Assembly: GCA_050633305.1 (NCBI GenBank)
Contig: JBOEGF010000015.1
Location: 64,001-128,000, forward strand
DNA length: 64,000 nt
Source of the DNA: Nannocystales bacterium
GTDB taxonomy: Bacteria; Myxococcota_A; Polyangia; Nannocystales; Nannocystaceae
Direction of reading: 5' to 3'
The notes beneath the pieces are model-generated. The model saw only the letters and a program-made list of their open reading frames with translations. It had not been told where the DNA came from and did no database searches. Each line of letters opens with the position of its first letter. Position 1 is the first letter of the stretch. Positions 58,740 to 64,000 of this stretch are shown in pieces. A program made the position numbers and the translations under genes.

Positions 58740-60040
58740 CAGCCGACCCTCCCGATCTCGAACTTCGCCCGCGCGCGGTGGGCCTCGGTGGTTGTGAGCC
58801 CGATCGTGCTGACGTTGGCCTCTCGCGCCTTGAACGTCAGTGTGTAGGCGTCGCGGCCTCGGTGGTCGGCATCCTTCGGCTCGTCCCGAAGCTCGAGACG
58901 CGGGAAGTACAGGAACCAAGTGTTCCCTGGCTGGTCGCCCACCTGGATCAGCATGTGCTTGTGGGTCCCCGCGCGGAAGTCCGTTTTCCAGAACCGCTCG
59001 CGCGGCACCATGACCTCGACACCCGTCGCGTCGTAGCTCTCGTTCGAGACGCCGAAGCCGTGGATGCCGTTGCGGCCGTTCGGACCCTCGGACGGGTCGG
59101 GCTTGATGCCGAGCGTCGGGGTGATCGAGCCCCAGAACTGCTGCGCTCCAAGGTTGGCCCCGACGTCGGCGATCCAAACTCGCGTGGTTGAGCCCCGCCC
59201 CGGAACCGTGGACGGGTTGCCCTCGGGCGTGCCTGCGAGTGTAGGCACGACCAGGTCGGCGCCGTCGTACCGCTCTGGGTCCGTGAAGTCGACGCCCATC
59301 GCCGTGAAGTCGAGCTTCGTCGGCGTCCCCGAGGCGACCTCCCCGACCTCGACGCCAAAGCGGATGCCTTGTGCCTCGTGGATGTGGGCGGGGTCTTTGC
59401 CGCGGATGAAGATCGCGTGCGAGACCTGGGGCTCCGCATGGTCCTCGAGCAGGTCCCAGTCGGGGAAGTGCACGACCGTCGCGTGCATGACGTCGCCAGC
59501 GGCGGGCGTGAACGGCAGAGCGTGGCCCGCCGCCATGTTGGCGGTGTTGTCCCCGCCGCCGCCGAGGGTCACGTCGGTCAGCTTTCGGAAGTGTCCGGCA
59601 CCTTCGGACGTATCGAAGAAGAACCCCCACGTGTAGGACGCCTGCGCATCGCTCACGCCGGGCGTCGTCGTGGGAGCCGTGTCGACCCCTCCGGTGATAT
59701 CCGCCCTGTACCCCAGCGTCTCGCCCTGCAACGCGTTGAGCAGCAGTTCGTCGCGCACGAGCCGAGCTGCCTGCGCCTGGTCGGCCGCCGGCGCCTGTGC
59801 GCCGTAGAGGTACGTGGTCAGCGGGCACGCGACCGTCTTCGGGAGCACGATGCCCTCGGGCGTGTCGCTGGCTCTGCTGCGCAGGTTCTCGTTCTCCGTC
59901 TTGTTCTCGTAGAACTCGGGCGCGACCTCGAGGGCGTAGAACTTGCCCCCTGTGGCGATCGCGTCCCAGTCGTCCTCTCCGGAGCCGAAGGAAGTCTCGC
60001 GCGAGATCGCGACCTCGCGCTGTTTCAGTGGTGCAACCAT
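58739..60040 (-). CDS. Major tail tube protein
   Basis: VAISRETSFGS N-terminal tube-type motif; position before chaperones. Confidence 0.75.
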   Translation of the reverse strand: MVAPLKQREVAISRETSFGSGEDDWDAIATGGKFYALEVAPEFYENKTENENLRSRASDTPEGIVLPKTVACPLTTYLYGAQAPAADQAQAARLVRDELLLNALQGETLGYRADITGGVDTAPTTTPGVSDAQASYTWGFFFDTSEGAGHFRKLTDVTLGGGGDNTANMAAGHALPFTPAAGDVMHATVVHFPDWDLLEDHAEPQVSHAIFIRGKDPAHIHEAQGIRFGVEVGEVASGTPTKLDFTAMGVDFTDPERYDGADLVVPTLAGTPEGNPSTVPGRGSTTRVWIADVGANLGAQQFWGSITPTLGIKPDPSEGPNGRNGIHGFGVSNESYDATGVEVMVPRERFWKTDFRAGTHKHMLIQVGDQPGNTWFLYFPRLELRDEPKDADHRGRDAYTLTFKAREANVSTIGLTTTEAHRARAKFEIGRVG

Positions 60041-60053
60041 CGTGTGGGTCCTT

Positions 60054-60518
60054 TCATCTGGTAGTGCGCGAGCGCATGTATTGAACGGTGAAGGTGTAGA
60101 GGAACCGCTGCAGCTTCTCGTCGCCCACGAACTCCTCGCCGGCGAACTCGCTGAACGTCATCCCCGGAATGACCGGGTGCCAGGAATCGCAAAGGCAGTC
60201 GGTCAGGTCTTGGCGGTCCATCGCGACCAGCGTCCCGACGTCTTGCTTCTGGACTTTGCGGTAGTCGACCTGCAGCGCCACGAGCACCTCAGTTTCGACG
60301 TCCGCGTTCCCCGTCAGCCCCTCCTCGACGTCATCGGACGCCCCCAAAAACAGGACGAACGCCCGCGTCTGCAGCGAGGTCGTCTTCTCGCGGTTGCCGT
60401 CCTCGTTGGTCCAACGATGGTCGCGGTACTTGAGCGCCGAGGGCTCGATCAAAGAGATTCTCCGGATCAGCCGCTCCTGCAGTTCCTCGGCCGTCGTGCT
60501 CGTGACCAGTTCCGCCAT
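60054..60518 (-). CDS. Tail terminator / completion protein
   Basis: 154 aa, position before tube, ends FTVQY. Confidence 0.6.
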   Translation of the reverse strand: MAELVTSTTAEELQERLIRRISLIEPSALKYRDHRWTNEDGNREKTTSLQTRAFVLFLGASDDVEEGLTGNADVETEVLVALQVDYRKVQKQDVGTLVAMDRQDLTDCLCDSWHPVIPGMTFSEFAGEEFVGDEKLQRFLYTFTVQYMRSRTTR

Positions 60519-61468
60519 CAGGCCCTCTTGAACGGGTTGCGACGCTTGCGGGAGTGGGGCGCAGCCGTGGTGTTCTCGTTGTCGCGCTCCACGACGTCAC
60601 GCCCTGGGGTCCCAATCACTAGGTCGTTCCAGAGGGAGACGTACTCGGCCTTTCGCTCCTCGACGAAGATCTCGGCGTCGCGGCTGCGCGGGTACAGCCC
60701 TTGTTGCGCGAAGTGGAGCAGGGTCCGACTGACCAGCAGGTCAAACCCCTGCGGCCCGGCCATGAACTTCTCCGGGTCGATGTTCTTTGCCCGAAGCCGA
60801 GTCGCGATCCGCTTCTCGGCGTGCTTGACCATCCGGGGCATGGATTGGGTCGAGCGCTCCAAAGCCTCCACCAACTCGGGCCAGTCCTCCGCGATGTCGG
60901 CCTCAACCGCCGCGGTGTAGCGCCCGACGCCGGTCCCCACGACGACCCGAGCCAACTCGGTGACCCGCCGGATTTGCCCACGGACGTGGAAGGTCCAGGA
61001 GAGCATCAGGGCGTTCTCGTCCTGCACCAGGTCGGTGTCGCTGGCGATCGGCTCCGGAATGTCCGCGGATAGCGTCACACCACGCAGGACTGAGCCCGTC
61101 GGGAAGTAGCCGCGCACCGGCGTGACCAACTCGGCGCTGGTCAGCGCAGTCTGGGCGACGAACACCCGCTCGCTCGCGCCGTCGTGGTCCTCGAGCACGT
61201 ACGCTCGGCCGGGGACAAGCCCGCTTGCCGGGAGCTCCAACTCGCGAGGGAATGGAAGTCCGGGGCCGATGTCGGTGGTGATAGGAACGGCCGTCGAATC
61301 GACTACCGCGTCCCCGGATGCGAGGACCCGCGCGTCGCTGTCCGGCTCCTCGTGCATGTCCTCCAGACTCCAAGCGGGAGCCGGCGAGGCGTCTGCCCTC
61401 TCGTCGGGGGTGAAGCTCAGCGTTTGAGCGCCACCCCCCGAGAGAATCTGCTGCATCCCGGGAGTCAT
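60518..61468 (-). CDS. Head-tail connector/adaptor-like protein
   Basis: Position; helical C-terminal half. Confidence 0.5.
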   Translation of the reverse strand: MTPGMQQILSGGGAQTLSFTPDERADASPAPAWSLEDMHEEPDSDARVLASGDAVVDSTAVPITTDIGPGLPFPRELELPASGLVPGRAYVLEDHDGASERVFVAQTALTSAELVTPVRGYFPTGSVLRGVTLSADIPEPIASDTDLVQDENALMLSWTFHVRGQIRRVTELARVVVGTGVGRYTAAVEADIAEDWPELVEALERSTQSMPRMVKHAEKRIATRLRAKNIDPEKFMAGPQGFDLLVSRTLLHFAQQGLYPRSRDAEIFVEERKAEYVSLWNDLVIGTPGRDVVERDNENTTAAPHSRKRRNPFKRA

Positions 61469-61695
61469 GCCGCCGCCTTGGTCATCGCGCGGCGAACCGC
61501 GACGACGGCCATCTCCCGGGCAAGCTCTTCGAGCTCAGCCATGCACAGCGACGCAAGCCGGTACCGCTGGCCACGGAAGGTAATGGTCTGGCAGACCTCC
61601 CGGTCCGCGAGCAACTCGGAGAGCTTCTTCTCCTCAAGTTTTCGGCGGGCGGCCATCCAGGTTCCCCCCTTCGTTTCCAGCGATTCGGTGCGCAT
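61465..61695 (-). CDS. Small phage hypothetical protein
   Basis: Coupled to downstream gene (ATGA overlap). Confidence 0.5.
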   Translation of the reverse strand: MRTESLETKGGTWMAARRKLEEKKLSELLADREVCQTITFRGQRYRLASLCMAELEELAREMAVVAVRRAMTKAAA

Positions 61696-61710
61696 TGGCT
61701 TGTCCTTCGT

Positions 61711-62175
61711 CTAGGTGGCGGACCCGGCCGAAGCCTCCGCTTTGAGTTCCGCCTTGAGTTCCGCCATCACCTCGGCCTTGAGGGATGCCTTGATCTCCGC
61801 TCGGAGGGCGGCTTCGTCGACCGCGACCTTCTTGCCTGGACGAGCCGAGGCTTTCAGCGATGCCTTGATCCGGTCCTTGCAGACCTTCGGAAGGAGCTTC
61901 TCGTCGAACTTCCCGCACTTGAACGGGTTCGCCTGCTCTGCCTTGAGATGCGCGTGGATCTTGTCGTAGGTCTCCTCGTTGACCTCATCGCTGAGAAACA
62001 ACCACCCAGCCTCGTCGGCCTCCTCGGTGAGCACGGTCTTCTTCCCGTTCTTCATCACCAACTTGCTACGCATGTTGGTCGCCTGCGTGACCTTCCGGAG
62101 TGTTCCGTTTGGTCCGATCAGGATGATGAAGTCGGGGGCCACGAGGGCGCTGCGTCGGTCTTCTTTTCTAGCCAC
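61711..62175 (-). CDS. Phage hypothetical protein after capsid gene
   Basis: Good RBS (AAGGAAG), Lys/Ala-rich tail. Confidence 0.65.
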   Translation of the reverse strand: MARKEDRRSALVAPDFIILIGPNGTLRKVTQATNMRSKLVMKNGKKTVLTEEADEAGWLFLSDEVNEETYDKIHAHLKAEQANPFKCGKFDEKLLPKVCKDRIKASLKASARPGKKVAVDEAALRAEIKASLKAEVMAELKAELKAEASAGSAT

Positions 62176-62202
62176 TGTCTTTCCTTTCTTCCGCGTGAGG
62201 GG

Positions 62203-63069
62203 TTACGCGGCAGCCGGCGCCACGATGGCGTGGATTTCCGCCTCGTCGGTGATGACCCAGCCGTAGCGCGCGGAGAACGTGAGTTCCCAGTTCTTGCTAC
62301 CGGGCTGGTAGATGTCTTCGACAGTCATCGCTTCCCAGGACCGGAACGCGAGAGCGCCATAGTCCCCTTGGGAGAGCATTGCCCCTGTGCCGTTTCCGGC
62401 CGTGATCGGGGTGTTGTTCGAGACCCAGTAGTCCAACATCCCGCGACGTCCGACGTACCCCTGTCCGTAGCCCATCTGTTTCCGGATCTCCTCCGAGGCC
62501 CCAGCTCCGCCGAGGTAGGTTCCTCCGTTGGCTCGGATGTCGCGGTTGAGGTCGCGGATCTGGAACGGATGGAGGACGACGCCCCAGCTTTCGCTGTTGG
62601 GGTTTTGCACGACGAACTGCGCGAACACATCGTCGATGTCGTCTTCGGTGAGCGCCGCCCCGAACGTGGTCGAGTTCGTTGCCGACTCGAGCAAGGATGC
62701 TCCGTCGTTGTCGCCTCGCTGCACGAGGGCCTTCAGCGCGTTCCGAACCAGGATACGGAATGCGTCCAGGGTGGCGTCGTAGTTCAGCTCCCTTGAGAAG
62801 TTGTCGGAGAAACCGACGTACCCAGCGGCCAGGTTGTGCGAGCTCATCGACTGGCCAGCAAAGGCGAACGCCGCCCCCTCAGCCTTGGTGCCCGCCGGCA
62901 CGGTAGGCAGGCCCAGCCCTGTGAATCGGACGTTCGGGCCATGTCCCTGTCCGACCCCCTCGGCCCACGCGAGCGAAAGGAAAACAGGCTTGGGAACGTG
63001 GGCCTCGATGATGGCCTGCTGCTGGTCTTCGGTCGGAATGATGTCTGCGAAATCGACGATCGTAGTCAC
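62203..63069 (-). CDS. Major capsid protein (HK97-fold)
   Basis: 288 aa after scaffold; KAEG, VVLHPFQIRDL, SARYGW patterns. Confidence 0.8.
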   Translation of the reverse strand: MTTIVDFADIIPTEDQQQAIIEAHVPKPVFLSLAWAEGVGQGHGPNVRFTGLGLPTVPAGTKAEGAAFAFAGQSMSSHNLAAGYVGFSDNFSRELNYDATLDAFRILVRNALKALVQRGDNDGASLLESATNSTTFGAALTEDDIDDVFAQFVVQNPNSESWGVVLHPFQIRDLNRDIRANGGTYLGGAGASEEIRKQMGYGQGYVGRRGMLDYWVSNNTPITAGNGTGAMLSQGDYGALAFRSWEAMTVEDIYQPGSKNWELTFSARYGWVITDEAEIHAIVAPAAA

Positions 63070-63081
63070 GGTTCTGTGCTC

Positions 63082-63717
63082 CTAGAAAAGCCGCTCGCCC
63101 TTCTTGTCTCGAACGCCGCCCTGGCCCTCAGTCTTGACCTTCCCGTTCTTCGTCTTCGGCAGCACGGGCATCCGCTCTTGCGTCCGCTTCTCGAAGTAGT
63201 CGGGGTTGTCAGACTTCAGGATTTCGACGGCCTTCGCGACAATGGGTGCGCGGTCTTCGGTTGAGAAGTCGAGTCCCTCCGCCTGCAGGGCGTTGACGAC
63301 TCGCTTCGCGGTTTTCGATCCTTGGTGGTCGGCGTGCAGCTCACCGAGAATCGCGTCGGTCGTGGCGGAGATCCGGTCCCTCCGCTCTGCCTTCGCGATC
63401 TTCTCCTCGGCCTTCTTGTTGCTCTCCTCGAGGGCCGCCAGGCGTTCGCCGAGAGACTTCCGTTTCCGGATGCCATCGTCTCGGTCCCTCGTGACGTTGT
63501 CCTTGTCCTTTTTCAGGTCTTGGATCTTTGCGTCTTGCTCAGCAACCTTCGCTCGGAGCTGCTCCAGCTCTTCGGTATCCCCCGAATCGCTGTCATCACC
63601 GGTCGACGTATCCCCGCCGCCGGCTTGAGTATTGGAGCCACTGCCGGTATCCCCCGACCCGTCTCCCGTATTCGACTCGCCGGTATCCCCCGACTCGTCG
63701 CCGCTGTTCACTTGCAT
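63082..63717 (-). CDS. Capsid scaffolding protein
   Basis: Acidic G/S/D/T N-terminus, coiled coil, PDYF motif; directly before capsid. Confidence 0.75.
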   Translation of the reverse strand: MQVNSGDESGDTGESNTGDGSGDTGSGSNTQAGGGDTSTGDDSDSGDTEELEQLRAKVAEQDAKIQDLKKDKDNVTRDRDDGIRKRKSLGERLAALEESNKKAEEKIAKAERRDRISATTDAILGELHADHQGSKTAKRVVNALQAEGLDFSTEDRAPIVAKAVEILKSDNPDYFEKRTQERMPVLPKTKNGKVKTEGQGGVRDKKGERLF

Positions 63718-63746
63718 GCGGTCAACGTGAGACCGCGCGAGCGACG

Positions 63747-64000
63747 CTACTCCGCCGCGGATTGGTCGGCCGATGACGCGCGCCCACCGAATCGGCCCGT
63801 CTTCTGCTCGTCCGACTCCCCAACGAGTCCGGGGTCTCCTTCGAGGTTGCCGTCTCCGGGCGTCTGTCGTGACGCCCGGATCTCGTTCATCTCGGCCTGG
63901 CGCTCCTGCAACTCTTTCACGCGCTCCCTCGCCTCCTCTTCGGACACGCCGAAGAGCTCCGCGTAGAAGCCAACCGCGTCGCCGACACCCAGCGCAATCC
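63747..64000 (-). CDS. Probable portal protein C-terminus (partial)
   Basis: Frame open to window edge: IALGVGDAVGFYAELFGVSEEEARERVKEL, like SPP1-type portal ends. Confidence 0.6.
   Translation of the reverse strand, partial: IALGVGDAVGFYAELFGVSEEEARERVKELQERQAEMNEIRASRQTPGDGNLEGDPGLVGESDEQKTGRFGGRASSADQSAAE

Larger units (their letters stand above)
47860..64000 (-). mobile_element. Siphovirus-like prophage late module (continues beyond window)
   Basis: Co-oriented, tightly coupled genes in portal-scaffold-capsid-neck-tube-chaperone(frameshift)-tape measure-tip-holin order; no sheath. Confidence 0.9.

Noticed and set aside
58740..59828. N-terminal part of the 579-aa ORF 58089-59828
   Set aside because: Out-of-frame overlap with the tube gene; the real start is the ATG at 58739
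47860..64000. Contractile injection system, tailocin or DGR
   Set aside because: Capsid and scaffold are present, no sheath or baseplate wedge is seen, and no reverse transcriptase or TR/VR pair is seen

Overview
High-GC myxobacterial chromosome segment (Nannocystaceae-like by inference from mglBA, Ser/Thr kinases, ECF sigma factors and PEGA/TPR proteins), probably origin-proximal. 1-47.5 kb is host DNA. It carries a class III aminotransferase (partial), a kinase/TPR pair, a small RHH-like protein, dnaX with an expanded repeat linker, ybaB-recR-mglB-mglA, and two dynamin-like GTPases. The first GTPase is coupled to a degenerate M48 peptidase and followed by a HAD-like/phospholipase D fusion; the second is fused to a long helical-repeat domain. 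A heterogeneous ~9 kb accessory block lies between them. Further on are three ECF sigma factors in total, rnhB, a candidate sigma54-driven sRNA, the mutM/rsmA/tsaD/response regulator cluster, a rhomboid, three parS sites and rsmG. From ~47.86 kb to the end is the late module of a siphovirus-like prophage on the minus strand: portal end, scaffold, capsid, neck, tail tube, tail chaperones with a -1 frameshift, tape measure, tail tip, holin-like genes, plus an antisense lipoprotein. The best novelty candidates are the putative dynamin/PLD membrane-remodelling locus and the unannotated sigma54 sRNA. All product calls come from motif recognition by eye; no database searches were run.
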